This document shows, one piece after another, positions 1-10,787 of a DNA stretch of 64,000 nt; within the stretch, counting starts at the first letter, position 1; the number at the start of each line of letters is the position of its first letter. The stretch covers positions 3,920-67,919 of the forward strand of contig PANU01000022.1 in the NCBI GenBank assembly GCA_002707745.1, read 5' to 3'. This stretch comes from Flavobacteriaceae bacterium. GTDB lineage: Bacteria > Bacteroidota > Bacteroidia > Flavobacteriales > Flavobacteriaceae. The position numbers and the translations under genes are program-made. The notes below the pieces were generated by a model. That model was not told where the DNA came from and made no database searches. It saw nothing but the letters and a program-made list of their open reading frames with translations.

Positions 1-2
1 TA

Positions 3-1223
3 AGCACGTGCTAAACGTGTGATAGAATCTAATAAAATTACCACATCGTGTCCACATTCTACAAGGCGCTTAGCTTTATCTATGACCAAGTTAGCAATAC
101 GAACGTGCTCCGAAGGCTCTTTGTCGAAAGTTGAAGCGATCACTTCACCATTCACATTCCGTTGCATATCTGTAACTTCTTCAGGACGTTCATCAATGAG
201 TAAAATCATTTGATACACCTCTGGGTGATTTGCGGCAATTGCATTTGCAATGTCTTTCAGCAACATGGTTTTACCCGTTTTTGGTTGCGAAACAATCATC
301 CCGCGTTGTCCTTTTCCAATAGGAGCAAAAAGATCAATAATTCTTGTAGAAATAGTATTTTGTTTATCGGCCAAATTAAATTTCTCCTGCGGAAATAGTG
401 GTGTTAAGTGCTCAAATGAAACACGGTCTCTAACTACATTAGGATTTAGGCCGTTAATTTTATTCACCTTAATAAGAGGGAAATATTTTTCCCCTTCTTT
501 CGGTGGGCGTACTTCTCCTAATACAGTGTCTCCGGATTTTAGACCGAATAAACGTATTTGCGATTGCGATACATAAATATCGTCCGGGGAAGAAAGATAA
601 TTGTAGTCACTGGAGCGCAGAAACCCATATCCGTCCTGCATGATGTCTAAAACACCTTCGCTTTCTATAATTCCGTCAAACTCATAATCGGGTTCTTTAT
701 ACCTGTTTCGAGTGTCTTTATTACCGTGGTTTTTAGGTTGATTGCTACGGTTATTGTTGCGATTGTTACGGTTGTTATTTTTATTGTTATCGCTTTTCTG
801 GTTTTTTTGGCGCGTGTCTTTACTGTCTTTGCTGTCTTTGCTGTCGTTTTTGTCATTGCTTTGTTGCTTTTGACCAGAAGACTGTTGCTTGGTATCGCTC
901 TTAGCGTTGGAACGCTGGTTGCTTGTGTTCTTTGAAGAATCGTCCTTTTTATCGTTTTTTTGGTTCCGCGTATTTTTTTTAGGAGCTTGTCTTTGTTTAG
1001 ACGAAGCTTCATTGTTGCTGTCGGAAGATTTTTTTGAAGAGTCTTCCGCTTTATCATCTGCGGTTACTGCTTTAACAACTTTAGGATTTGCAGCTTGATA
1101 ATCGAGGATTTGATATACAAGATCCAGTTTTTTTAGGCTTCGGTACTTAGGTACCTTTAATGTTTTTGCCAATTCTTGAAGCTCAGGTAGCTTCTTTGCT
1201 TTTAATTCTGAAATTTCTAACAT
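3..1223 (-). CDS. rho: Transcription termination factor Rho, N-terminal part (runs off window start)
   Basis: ATG at 1223 gives [16 protein letters not shown]; later [26 protein letters not shown] (Walker A), LIDERPEEV and [10 protein letters not shown]. Absent from the ORF track because it has no stop in the window. Confidence 0.97.
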   Translation of the reverse strand, partial: MLEISELKAKKLPELQELAKTLKVPKYRSLKKLDLVYQILDYQAANPKVVKAVTADDKAEDSSKKSSDSNNEASSKQRQAPKKNTRNQKNDKKDDSSKNTSNQRSNAKSDTKQQSSGQKQQSNDKNDSKDSKDSKDTRQKNQKSDNNKNNNRNNRNNNRSNQPKNHGNKDTRNRYKEPDYEFDGIIESEGVLDIMQDGYGFLRSSDYNYLSSPDDIYVSQSQIRLFGLKSGDTVLGEVRPPKEGEKYFPLIKVNKINGLNPNVVRDRVSFEHLTPLFPQEKFNLADKQNTISTRIIDLFAPIGKGQRGMIVSQPKTGKTMLLKDIANAIAANHPEVYQMILLIDERPEEVTDMQRNVNGEVIASTFDKEPSEHVRIANLVIDKAKRLVECGHDVVILLDSITRLARA

Positions 1224-1428
1224 GTAAGTATAGGGATAATGTTTAGTTGATTGTAAAAAATCGTTTCGTTAAGAAGATATTTTTTATTGAAAAATATATC
1301 GAAGACTAAGTAACCTTTATTGAGGTGGTTACGAATTGATGTTACAATGATACAACAATATTTTAAAATGAAGGGTTAAATCTTTCAAAAAGAAACCTTA
1401 TTTTTGCTCCCAATAAAGTAAATACGCA

Positions 1429-1839
1429 ATGTTACAACGTATACAAACTGTTTATATGATCCTTGCTGCCTTAGTGATGGGTTGTTTGTATATATGGTTT
1501 CCTGCTATTGTAGATGATGCTGGCAACAGCATTATAGCCAGGGACGAGATTTTGGTTTTTGGACTAATATTTGTGTCTATTGCGTTAGCGATTATTTCAA
1601 TCTTGAGTTTTAAAAAACGGCAGCTACAATTTGTGCTTAACCGTTTAAACATTATATCAAACTTTGTATTACTGGGAGTTTTCGTTTACAGGTCGCTAAA
1701 AGTATCTGGAGAAACTTTGGTTTCTGAGAAAGGTATTGGGGTGTTACTTCCTATCATTTCTATCGTTTTTTTAGTGTTGGCCAATAAGGCCATCAAAAAG
1801 GATGAGGATCTCGTAAAATCTGTAGACCGTTTACGATAA
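1429..1839 (+). CDS. DUF4293 family membrane protein
   Basis: MLQRIQTVY start, 4 hydrophobic segments, C-terminal AIKKDEDLVKSVDRLR typical of the family. Confidence 0.85.
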   Translation: MLQRIQTVYMILAALVMGCLYIWFPAIVDDAGNSIIARDEILVFGLIFVSIALAIISILSFKKRQLQFVLNRLNIISNFVLLGVFVYRSLKVSGETLVSEKGIGVLLPIISIVFLVLANKAIKKDEDLVKSVDRLR

Positions 1840-1865
1840 ACTATAGCTTAGTATTATTAGTGCAA

Positions 1866-1899
1866 GACCCTTGAAGAATGCCATCTTCAAGGGTTTTTT
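1866..1899. terminator. Intrinsic terminator between convergent genes
   Basis: GACCCTTGAAGA-loop-TCTTCAAGGGTT followed by a T-run. Confidence 0.8.
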
Positions 1900-1933
1900 G
1901 TTTCAATTAAACTTTACAAATAAATTTATAAAG

Positions 1934-2425
1934 TTAGCGCTCAAACTCTATTACCTCTAAATTTTTTATCTCCCGTCCATCAATTTCAAAGCGTAACATT
2001 GTTCTTACCTTATGAAAACCGTGTGTCCCTACTGCACCGGGATTCATGTGAATTAAATTCAGTTTTTTGTCGGGCATTACTTTTAAGATGTGGGAGTGTC
2101 CTGTAATAAAAATTCTTGGTGGGTTCTGTTTTATTGCTTCTCTAATGCGTTGGTTGTAACGTCCGGGATACCCGCCAATATGTGTTATCCATACCGAAAC
2201 TTCCTCACACATAAATTGGTTGTCTAACGGAAACTCTGCTCTGGCTTCTGTGTTGTCTATATTGCCGTATACTGCCCGAAGCGGTTTTAATTTTTTAAGA
2301 GTATCGGTAACATGCAAATCGCCAATATCGCCGGCATGCCATACTTCATCTGCCTGCTTTACATATTTTAAAATAGTGTTGTCTATATAACTGTGCGTGT
2401 CGCTAAGAAGAAGAATTTTTTTCAC
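1934..2425 (-). CDS. Metallophosphoesterase (YfcE-like)
   Basis: SDTH, HAGD, GNID and GHSH motifs; GTG start. Confidence 0.92.
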   Translation of the reverse strand: MKKILLLSDTHSYIDNTILKYVKQADEVWHAGDIGDLHVTDTLKKLKPLRAVYGNIDNTEARAEFPLDNQFMCEEVSVWITHIGGYPGRYNQRIREAIKQNPPRIFITGHSHILKVMPDKKLNLIHMNPGAVGTHGFHKVRTMLRFEIDGREIKNLEVIEFER

Positions 2426-2701
2426 AAAGTTGCATTTTCAGCAAAGATAAAATTTTAAAGGCGAGGAGTTCAACTATTTATCTAAACCAAAATTAGAATA
2501 GGTGTCACTGTTTATTTTTTTCCCACAGCGGTTGAAAAATTCTATTGCCTAAGCATTGATTAGCCTGAATTTGTATAGGGGATGGTGGAGAACCGAAATC
2601 TGAAATCATCTATCCTTATTCCCTCATTCCTAAATTTAAAAACCGGGGTCGTTGTTCTTTTTTCTATTTTGTATTTTTACTGAAATTTTAAAATTTTATT
2701 T

Positions 2702-3451
2702 TTGCGTTATTTTCTTGAAATTGCTTACAACGGAACGCACTACCACGGCTGGCAGAAACAACCCAATGCCTTAAGTGTTCAAGAAGTTCTGGAACAAAAA
2801 CTTTCTATCTTTTTTAGGGAAGAAGTAACAATAATGGGGGCAGGCAGGACCGATGCAGGTGTTCATGCAAAACAACTCTTTGCGCATTTTGAGGTTGCTG
2901 AAATTCAGGACATCCCGAAAGTGGTCTATCAACTAAATTCATTTTTACCCAGGGATATTTCAGTACACAACATACACCTGGTTAAAAACGACGCTCATGT
3001 CCGTTTCGATGCTACTTCACGAGAATATGAGTACCTTATTTCACTGCAAAAAAATCCTTTTCAGCAGAAATTGGCATATCAAATGTATCAAGAGCCTGAT
3101 GTAACTTTGATGAACCAGGCCGCAGAAATCTTATTGCAGTATAGCGATTTTCAATGCTTTTCGAGAAGCAACACAGATGTAAAAACGTACCTTTGTGAGG
3201 TTACAAAAGCAATCTGGGAACTTGAAGACTCACAGTTAAAGTTTACAATTACAGCAAACCGGTTTTTACGTAATATGGTGCGTGCCATTGTGGGAACATT
3301 GCTTGACGTTGGTTTTGGAAAAATAACCTTGGAAAATGTTCACGAGATCATTAAAAGTAAAGACAGGGGGAAGGCAGGGCCATCGGCTCCCGCACACGGA
3401 TTATACCTCACAAAAGTTTGCTATCCGCCCACGATGTTTGTAAACAAATAA
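2702..3451 (+). CDS. truA: tRNA pseudouridine(38-40) synthase
   Basis: YNGTHYHGWQKQ, AGRTDAGVHA, FLRNMVR, APAHGLYL. Confidence 0.97.
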   Translation: MRYFLEIAYNGTHYHGWQKQPNALSVQEVLEQKLSIFFREEVTIMGAGRTDAGVHAKQLFAHFEVAEIQDIPKVVYQLNSFLPRDISVHNIHLVKNDAHVRFDATSREYEYLISLQKNPFQQKLAYQMYQEPDVTLMNQAAEILLQYSDFQCFSRSNTDVKTYLCEVTKAIWELEDSQLKFTITANRFLRNMVRAIVGTLLDVGFGKITLENVHEIIKSKDRGKAGPSAPAHGLYLTKVCYPPTMFVNK

Positions 3452-3477
3452 ATTAGAAGCCCCGAAACATAAATACT

Positions 3478-5244
3478 ATGGCCAAAGAATCTGGAAAGGC
3501 ATTCGATTTTAGACTTTTTAAAAGGCTCCTGGCATTTACCAACAAGTACAGGTTTACCTTTTACTTTGTGGCGTTTGCAGCTATAGCAGGTTCTGTACTG
3601 GGAGTGCTCACCCCACACTTATTGCAATTGGCGATAGATGAGGCCATGTTTAATAAAGATTTGCCATTGCTTCAATATTACTTACTGTTAATGCTGGGCG
3701 TGCTTATTCTTGAGGTGTTGTTTCAGTTTTCATTTATTTATTATGCCAATTGGCTGGGGCAATATGTAATCAAGGATTTGCGTGTAAAATTGTTTAAGCT
3801 CATGACCAGTTTTAAGATGCAATATTTCGATAAAAGCGCAGTAGGAAGGTTAACAACCCGTGCTGTGAATGATATTGAAACTATTTCTTCCATATTTAGT
3901 CAAGGGCTCTTCATGATTATTAGTGACTTGCTAAAAATGGCAGCTATTGCAGGAGTTATGCTTTTTAAAAGCTGGAAACTTTCTTTAATTGTATTTGCTA
4001 TTATGCCACTTATTTTGTACGCTACCCGCGTGTTCCAAAGAGCAATGAAAGTTGCTTTTGAAGATGTAAGAAACCAGGTAGCAAACCTAAATAGTTTTGT
4101 ACAGGAACGTATTACAGGGATGAAAATAGTACAGATTTTTACCCGTGAGAAAACAGAATACAAGCAGTTTAAAGAAATAAACGAAAAGCATAAAAAAGCA
4201 TGGGTAAAAACCGTATGGTATAATTCTATCTTTTTTCCAATTGCCGAAATGGCCTCAAGCATTGCTATTGGACTTGTAGTTTGGTACGGCGGCCTTAATG
4301 CTGCGGGTGGCGGAATCATTACTTTGGGGATTGTTACTGCCTTTATCCAGTATTCGCAAATGCTATTTCGTCCCTTGCGACAAATAGCCGATAAGTTCAA
4401 CACCCTGCAAATGGGAATGGTGGCGGCCAACCGTGTGTTTGGTATTTTAGACACCAAATCGCATATTGATAATCAGGGCGATTTAGAACTAAAAAAAGCG
4501 AAAGGAGCCATTGTTTTTGAAAACGTTCGTTTTGGGTATAAGGAAAATGAAGAAGTGATAAAAGATATTTCTTTTGAAGTATTCCCCGGGCAAACTATAG
4601 CGATAGTAGGCGCAACAGGCGCAGGTAAATCTACCATCATTAATTTACTGAATCGTTTTTATGAACTCAACAGCGGTCGCATTTTGGTAGATAGAAACGA
4701 TATAAAAGAGTACACCCTGGAGTCTTTACGAAACCAGATAGCCGTGGTGTTGCAAGATGTGTTTTTATTTGCCGATACTATTTTAAATAACATTACCCTT
4801 AATGATACATCTATTTCAGAAGAAACTGTAATTGCCGCCGCTAAAGAAATTGGCGTACACAACTTTATAACTTCTTTGCCCGAAGGGTATCACTACAACG
4901 TAAAAGAGCGCGGAACGATGCTTTCTTCTGGTCAGCGCCAGCTTATTGCTTTTTTACGTGCCTATGTAAGCGACCCAAGTATTTTAATTCTTGACGAAGC
5001 CACATCTTCTATAGATTCTTATTCTGAAGAACTGATACAACGCGCCACCGATAAAATTACCGAAGGCCGTACGTCCATCGTTATAGCACACCGTTTGGCA
5101 ACCATAAAAAAAGCCGATAAAATATTGGTAATGGATGCGGGTAAAATTGTAGAATCTGGCACCCATCAGGAATTACTGGAGCGCCCAGACGGGTATTATA
5201 AAAATCTTTATGAGGTCCAGTTTATGACAGAGGAGGCCATATAA
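3478..5244 (+). CDS. ABC exporter, fused TMD + NBD (MsbA/MdlB-like)
   Basis: 6 TM segments; GATGAGKS, LSSGQRQ, ILDEATS, IAHRL. Confidence 0.93.
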   Translation: MAKESGKAFDFRLFKRLLAFTNKYRFTFYFVAFAAIAGSVLGVLTPHLLQLAIDEAMFNKDLPLLQYYLLLMLGVLILEVLFQFSFIYYANWLGQYVIKDLRVKLFKLMTSFKMQYFDKSAVGRLTTRAVNDIETISSIFSQGLFMIISDLLKMAAIAGVMLFKSWKLSLIVFAIMPLILYATRVFQRAMKVAFEDVRNQVANLNSFVQERITGMKIVQIFTREKTEYKQFKEINEKHKKAWVKTVWYNSIFFPIAEMASSIAIGLVVWYGGLNAAGGGIITLGIVTAFIQYSQMLFRPLRQIADKFNTLQMGMVAANRVFGILDTKSHIDNQGDLELKKAKGAIVFENVRFGYKENEEVIKDISFEVFPGQTIAIVGATGAGKSTIINLLNRFYELNSGRILVDRNDIKEYTLESLRNQIAVVLQDVFLFADTILNNITLNDTSISEETVIAAAKEIGVHNFITSLPEGYHYNVKERGTMLSSGQRQLIAFLRAYVSDPSILILDEATSSIDSYSEELIQRATDKITEGRTSIVIAHRLATIKKADKILVMDAGKIVESGTHQELLERPDGYYKNLYEVQFMTEEAI

Positions 5245-6050
5245 GAAACTGCTTGTTTCGCTCTTTCTGCTTCTAAAAATTCTTCAAAATTTATTTTTCC
5301 CGAGATGAAAAGATAGATGAAAAACAACATCATAAAACCTATGTAAATAACCCCGAACATGAACATAAACAAAAAAGTTTTTAAGATAATTTTCTTGAGG
5401 TTTATTTGATACAATCGTTTATATACATAGGCATTAAAAATTACCATAATCGGCATTGAAAAAAAGTAGGTCATTTTTAAAAAATTAACATCAAAAATTA
5501 GCGCTATAATCGCAGGCAGAAATAATAAAATACTTAGATGCGCTTGTGTGTATGTAGATATCACAAGGTGATGTAAGTAGGTGTACTTTTTGTAGTTAAA
5601 AAAAATAACTTTGGCCAATAAAGCATAGAGGGGCATCATAAAAACATAAAAGATGGACTGAAACTCCCAAATATTATCCATAAAACTCATATCTTCCAAC
5701 ATGGGATTGTTTTGCTGGTTCATCCAGGTAACATCCATATTGGCTGGAAAAACTTTTCGCATTAAAAAAATCTGAATTCCAGAAAGCGTTAATGCAAATG
5801 CCAAATAACTTACCACATTTACATGTTTCTTGCGTACCCCGTTAATGTAGGAGTCAATTACCGTCCGCGGTTGTAAGGTCATATCCTTTATGGTACGCGC
5901 TAACAGATTGTTTTCGAAATTAAAAAATCGCTCGGTTGCTTCATTTGCCAGGTAACCAAAAGTTAGCTCCTGCTTTACTATTTTTGCCCCGCAGTTTTTG
6001 CAGAAGTTGTCATCTTCAGCTAATTGCGTAAGGCAATTTTTACACTCCAT
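5208..6050 (-). CDS. DUF3667 domain membrane protein with N-terminal zinc ribbon
   Basis: CKNC...FCKNCG, YINGVRKK, several TM segments; 3' end overlaps the ABC gene. Confidence 0.8.
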   Translation of the reverse strand: MECKNCLTQLAEDDNFCKNCGAKIVKQELTFGYLANEATERFFNFENNLLARTIKDMTLQPRTVIDSYINGVRKKHVNVVSYLAFALTLSGIQIFLMRKVFPANMDVTWMNQQNNPMLEDMSFMDNIWEFQSIFYVFMMPLYALLAKVIFFNYKKYTYLHHLVISTYTQAHLSILLFLPAIIALIFDVNFLKMTYFFSMPIMVIFNAYVYKRLYQINLKKIILKTFLFMFMFGVIYIGFMMLFFIYLFISGKINFEEFLEAERAKQAVSYMASSVINWTS

Positions 6051-6053
6051 AGT

Positions 6054-6827
6054 TTAATTTAAATCCTGAGTTAGTTGCTTTTTTAGGTCTTCTAATTCTT
6101 CAAATAACACAAAATCTCCTTCTTTAAGGTAGGATATCTGACCGTTTTCTTCACTTACCACAATACATAATGCATCGGTTTTTTCGGTAATCCCTACAGC
6201 CGCTCTGTGGCGCAATCCAAAACGCTGCGGAATACGGCGATCGTTACTTACCGGCAGGATAACACGTGTGGCGGTAATAATGTTTTCTTCAATAATCATA
6301 GCCCCGTCATGTAGTGGGCTGTTTTTATAAAAAATACTTTCAATAATGGGTTGGTTTACTTCAATATTCATAGTATCGCCAGAGTCTTTTACAAAATCCA
6401 GGCTGTTGTTACGTTGTATCACAATAAGTGCTCCGGTATTGGTTTTACTCATATTATAACAGGCAGAAATCACACTTTCAACATTTGTGCTGCTCTTTTT
6501 TTCTGAAGAGAAAAGATTAAATTTTTGCATTACTTTTCTACGTGCCGCAAAATTGGTAGAGCCCAACATGAGTAAAAATTTACGGATTTCCTGCTGAAAC
6601 ACGACAATAAGCGCAAACATTCCCACACCCAAAAAACCACCTAAAATTTTACTCAATAGCGCCATTTGAAGGAGTTCAGTAAGCCTCCAGATAGCGTAAA
6701 TAATAACAATACCCACAAAAATATTGATTGCCACAGTACCACGTACCAACTTGTAGAGATAGTACATTAAGAAGGCAACAAGTACTATATCAACAATATC
6801 AATAATTCTAATATCAAGAAAGTCCAA
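6054..6827 (-). CDS. cdaA: Diadenylate cyclase (CdaA/DacA type)
   Basis: 3 N-terminal TM segments, FQQEIR, PLHDGA and GLRHRAA motifs. Confidence 0.93.
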   Translation of the reverse strand: MDFLDIRIIDIVDIVLVAFLMYYLYKLVRGTVAINIFVGIVIIYAIWRLTELLQMALLSKILGGFLGVGMFALIVVFQQEIRKFLLMLGSTNFAARRKVMQKFNLFSSEKKSSTNVESVISACYNMSKTNTGALIVIQRNNSLDFVKDSGDTMNIEVNQPIIESIFYKNSPLHDGAMIIEENIITATRVILPVSNDRRIPQRFGLRHRAAVGITEKTDALCIVVSEENGQISYLKEGDFVLFEELEDLKKQLTQDLN

Positions 6828-6852
6828 GGGCAGTGAGTTTTTTTGATTAGTG

Positions 6853-6874
6853 CCTGCCTGCCAAGTAAGGCAGG
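6853..6874. repeat. Small CCTGCC...GGCAGG palindromic element
   Basis: cctgcctgccaagtaaggcagg in the folP-cdaA spacer; same end motif as 13455-13494 and 16326-16379. Confidence 0.55.
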
Positions 6875-6890
6875 GTTTAAAGGTATAAAA

Positions 6891-7724
6891 TTAGTCTGTA
6901 TTAATAACAGATTGCAACAATGCAACACATTCTTTTGTTTCCTTTACATCGTGAACACGTAACATATTGGCTCCTTTCTGAAGGGCAATTGTATTTAAAA
7001 CAGTTGTTCCGTTTAGCGCTTTTTCGGGAGAAGTTTCCAACGTTTTATAAATAAGGGATTTTCTCGATATACCTGCCAGTAATGGCACCCCCAGTGCCTT
7101 AAAAAGCTCCAGATGGTTTAAAATTTCAAAATTTTGTTCCCTTGTTTTGGCAAATCCGAAACCTGGATCTGCAATAATATCGTTAATTCCGGCTTTTCTG
7201 GCCAGGGCAATACGTTCAGAAAAATAATATAAAATCTCTTTGGTTACATTTTTATATTCCGCAAAAGAGTTCATGGTTTTTGGCGTACCTTTCATATGCA
7301 TTAAAATATAAGGTACCTTTAATTTTGCAACGGTGGAGATCATGTCTTCATCCAACATTCCGCCACTAATATCATTTACCAGGGCAGCTCCAGCTCCTAC
7401 CGCCTCTTTTGCAATAGTGCTTCTAAAGGTATCGACCGACAAGAAAGTTCCGGGAAATTCTTTGGCCAATGCTTCAATTACGGGGATCACACGTTCCAGT
7501 TCCTCAGTTTCTGAAACATCCTTTGCTCCGGGACGTGAGCTATACCCGCCAATATCCAGAAATGTGGCTCCATGTGCTACCATTTTTTCAGCCTGAGCAA
7601 TAATATCACGTAGGACAGTGGTTTTACCACCATCGTAAAATGAATCTGGAGTTACATTAATAATCCCCATGATTTTGGGGACGGAGAGTTCTACAAGTTG
7701 GTGGTTGCAATTAAGTGTGTACAA
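6891..7724 (-). CDS. folP: Dihydropteroate synthase
   Basis: MGIINVTPDSFYDGG, DIGGYSSRPG, DPGFGFAK, SRKS, RVHDV. Confidence 0.97.
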   Translation of the reverse strand: MYTLNCNHQLVELSVPKIMGIINVTPDSFYDGGKTTVLRDIIAQAEKMVAHGATFLDIGGYSSRPGAKDVSETEELERVIPVIEALAKEFPGTFLSVDTFRSTIAKEAVGAGAALVNDISGGMLDEDMISTVAKLKVPYILMHMKGTPKTMNSFAEYKNVTKEILYYFSERIALARKAGINDIIADPGFGFAKTREQNFEILNHLELFKALGVPLLAGISRKSLIYKTLETSPEKALNGTTVLNTIALQKGANMLRVHDVKETKECVALLQSVINTD

Positions 7725-7776
7725 TTTTCTATTTTAAGATATTTAAGCGAAATTTACGCAAATTCTATTGAACACT

Positions 7777-8334
7777 ATGGCAGAAACTTCAGAACAGTAT
7801 AATAACGTGATTGAAACGTGCCGCGCACTGTTCATTAATAAAATGAAAGATTACGGTAGCGCCTGGCGTATCCTAAGGTTACCTTCATTAACCGACCAGA
7901 TTTTTATAAAAGCACAACGTATTCGTGGCTTGCAACAAAATAAAGAACATCGGGTAGATGAAGGGCAGGAAAGTGAATTTATAGGAATTATAAATTACTG
8001 TATTATGGCACTGGTACAGCTTGAAAAAGGGGTAGTAGAACAACCCGACCTATCTCTGGAAGAAGCCACACAGCTATACGACGAAAAAATTGCCGAAACA
8101 AAGCAACTAATGCTCGATAAAAATCACGATTATGGCGAAGCCTGGCGCGATATGCGTATTAGCAGCCTAACCGATCTGATTTTACAAAAGTTATTACGCG
8201 TTAAACAAATTGAAGACAATAAAGGCAAAACCCTGGTGAGTGAAGGAATAGATGCCAATTATCAGGATATGATTAATTATGCGGTGTTTGCACTTATTTT
8301 GCTTGGGCAAAATGAGGCAAACACCAAAGAATAA
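7777..8334 (+). CDS. DUF1599 domain protein (two repeats)
   Basis: Duplicated K-x-x-DYG-x-AWR and INY motifs; ATG at 7777 preferred over TTG at 7768. Confidence 0.85.
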   Translation: MAETSEQYNNVIETCRALFINKMKDYGSAWRILRLPSLTDQIFIKAQRIRGLQQNKEHRVDEGQESEFIGIINYCIMALVQLEKGVVEQPDLSLEEATQLYDEKIAETKQLMLDKNHDYGEAWRDMRISSLTDLILQKLLRVKQIEDNKGKTLVSEGIDANYQDMINYAVFALILLGQNEANTKE

Positions 8335-8465
8335 AGGCTAAATTCCAAAAAAATACCTGATTTTAGAATCAGAAGAATTAAGAAAAATTTTATCAGCCAT
8401 TATAAAAAAGTTTGAATAATCTTTTTGAGATTTGAAGTTTTAATTTTGGTGCTTTAATTATTATT

Positions 8466-9647
8466 ATGAAATACATTGTAGGCTTTCTCAGAATATTTGT
8501 AGGGATATTTTTCATTATTAGCGGATTTATAAAACTGAATGATCCCGTAGGGTTTTCCTTTAAACTGAAGGATTACTTTGCACCCGATGTGCTTAATCTG
8601 GAATTTCTGGTTCCTTATGCGCTTATCATTGCACTTTTTGTTGTAATTTTTGAAGTGTTGTTAGGCATCATGCTCATCCTTGGCTATGCAAAAAAGTTTA
8701 CCCTGTGGAGCCTTTTGTTAATGATCCTGTTTTTTACCTTCCTCACATTCTATTCGGCTTATTTTAATAAGGTAACCGACTGTGGTTGCTTTGGTGATGC
8801 CTTGAAATTAACCCCCTGGGAATCCTTCTGGAAAGATATTGTTTTGAGCATTATGATTTTAGTGTTGTTCTTTGGCAGAAAACACATAGCGCCTTTCTTT
8901 ACAAAGAGCACAAGAAGTATTCTGGTGTTTGTTTCGTTTGTGGCGAGTATGGTCTTTGCGTATTATGTATTGCAACATTTACCGTGGATAGATTTTAGAG
9001 CCTATAAAATAGGGGCCAACATTCAGGAAGGAATGGAAGTGCCTGAAGGTGCTCCAAAGCCAATTTTTGAATACAATTGGACTTTTATGGTTGATGGCGA
9101 AGAAAAGGTGATAACTACAAAAGGAGATTACCCCCAACAAGAAGGTGAATTTATTGGTGTTGAAACCACCGAATTACAAAAGGGGTACGAACCGCCCGTA
9201 CACGATTTTAGTATTGAACGCGATGGCGAAAATTATACTACCCAATTTCTGGAAGCCAAAAACCTATTGGTAGTTGTTGCTTACAATCTGCAGCTTACCG
9301 AAATGGAAGGCTACAACAACATCAAGAAAATTACCGATGAAGCTTTAGCTAAAAATTACCAGGTTATTGGACTTTCAGCATCAAGCCCCGAAAAAACCGA
9401 TGCATTAGTAAAAAATAAGGATCTCAATTTTGAATTTTATTTTTGCGATGAAACAACCCTAAAAACTATTGTGCGCAGTAACCCGGGTATTTTAGAGCTA
9501 CAGAGAGGAACCATTACCCAAAAGCTGCATTGGAATGATGCCCTGGAATTACAATTAGAACAGTTACCTCCACGCCCAAAAGTTGAAGAAATCCCAGAGG
9601 AAGAAGTTCAGGATAGTACACAAGTTGTAACAGATTCAATTCAATAA
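8466..9647 (+). CDS. DoxX-like / BT_3928 family membrane protein
   Basis: SGFIKLNDPVGF, VTDCGCFGDA, C-terminal thioredoxin-like TIVRSNPG. Confidence 0.85.
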   Translation: MKYIVGFLRIFVGIFFIISGFIKLNDPVGFSFKLKDYFAPDVLNLEFLVPYALIIALFVVIFEVLLGIMLILGYAKKFTLWSLLLMILFFTFLTFYSAYFNKVTDCGCFGDALKLTPWESFWKDIVLSIMILVLFFGRKHIAPFFTKSTRSILVFVSFVASMVFAYYVLQHLPWIDFRAYKIGANIQEGMEVPEGAPKPIFEYNWTFMVDGEEKVITTKGDYPQQEGEFIGVETTELQKGYEPPVHDFSIERDGENYTTQFLEAKNLLVVVAYNLQLTEMEGYNNIKKITDEALAKNYQVIGLSASSPEKTDALVKNKDLNFEFYFCDETTLKTIVRSNPGILELQRGTITQKLHWNDALELQLEQLPPRPKVEEIPEEEVQDSTQVVTDSIQ

Positions 9648-9648
9648 T

Positions 9649-10725
9649 TTGCTAGGATATATTCTTAAAAAAATAGGGTATGCGCTGCTCACGCTGTTTG
9701 GGGTGGTCACGGTAATTTTTTTACTGTTTGCAATACTTCCCGGAGATCCTGCCAGAATGATGTTGGGACAAAATGAAAATGCCGAACAGCTCGATATTGT
9801 AAAAAAAAAATATGGGTTCGATAAACCCGTGTCGCTTCAATATCTTTATTATCTGAATGATTTGTCGCCGTTGTCTTTTCACAGTACTAACCCCGGTGAT
9901 TACACGTATCTTTCAGAAGATAAATATACGGCAGCCAGGCTTTTTACGGTTTCAGAAACCAATGTAGCCCTAAAGTGGCCTTACCTGAGAGAATCGTTTC
10001 AGAAAAACGGAAAACAAGTCAGTTCAGTCATAGCCGAAACCTTACCTAATACGGTTGTTTTAGCGGTTTCAGCTATTGTAATTGCTATGATCTTAGGGGT
10101 GTTACTGGGAATTGTATCAGTGTTGTTTAGAGATGGATGGGTAGATAAATTAATACAACTGGTAAGTACATTGGGAATGAGTGTCCCGTCATTTTTTAGT
10201 GCTATTATTTTTGCATGGTTGTTTGGGTATGTGTTACACGAATACACCAATTTAAACATGACAGGCAGTTTGTATGAAGTAGACGATTTTGGGGAGGGAA
10301 GTTATATTCAATGGAAAAATTTAATTTTACCCGCTGTAGTATTGGGTATTCGTCCGCTTGCCGTAGTTACACAATTAATGCGTAACTCGCTTTTAGAGGT
10401 ATTAAACCAGGATTACATAAGAACCGCAAAAGCCAAAGGCCTGTCTTTTTGGACCATCATTAGGCGTCATGCATTAAAAAATTCACTCAATCCTGTAGTA
10501 ACAGCTATTTCTGGATGGTTTGCCTCTATGCTTGCAGGAGCTGTTTTCGTTGAATATATTTTTGGGTGGAACGGACTGGGGAAGGAAATAGTAGATGCCC
10601 TTAATACCTTGGATTTACCCATTATCATGGGAGCCGTTCTTGTAATTGCTACGTTGTTCATCATAATCAATATCTTTGTAGATGTTATTTACGGATGGCT
10701 GGATCCTAAGATCAGCTCTCAGTAA
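9649..10725 (+). CDS. ABC transporter permease (DppB/OppB-like)
   Basis: PGDPAR, QDYIRTAKAKG, VEYIFGWNGLG, LDP C-terminus. Confidence 0.92.
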   Translation: MLGYILKKIGYALLTLFGVVTVIFLLFAILPGDPARMMLGQNENAEQLDIVKKKYGFDKPVSLQYLYYLNDLSPLSFHSTNPGDYTYLSEDKYTAARLFTVSETNVALKWPYLRESFQKNGKQVSSVIAETLPNTVVLAVSAIVIAMILGVLLGIVSVLFRDGWVDKLIQLVSTLGMSVPSFFSAIIFAWLFGYVLHEYTNLNMTGSLYEVDDFGEGSYIQWKNLILPAVVLGIRPLAVVTQLMRNSLLEVLNQDYIRTAKAKGLSFWTIIRRHALKNSLNPVVTAISGWFASMLAGAVFVEYIFGWNGLGKEIVDALNTLDLPIIMGAVLVIATLFIIINIFVDVIYGWLDPKISSQ

Positions 10726-10787
10726 ATAAGTATGCGGTAACAGTTGCGCGAAAGTTGTAATTACACTGAAAATTTAAAAAAAATAAT

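Noticed and set aside
19-1098. Short ORFs listed in the track (e.g. 665-1057, 726-935, 250-576)
   Set aside because: Alternate-frame or antisense shadows of rho and its low-complexity insert
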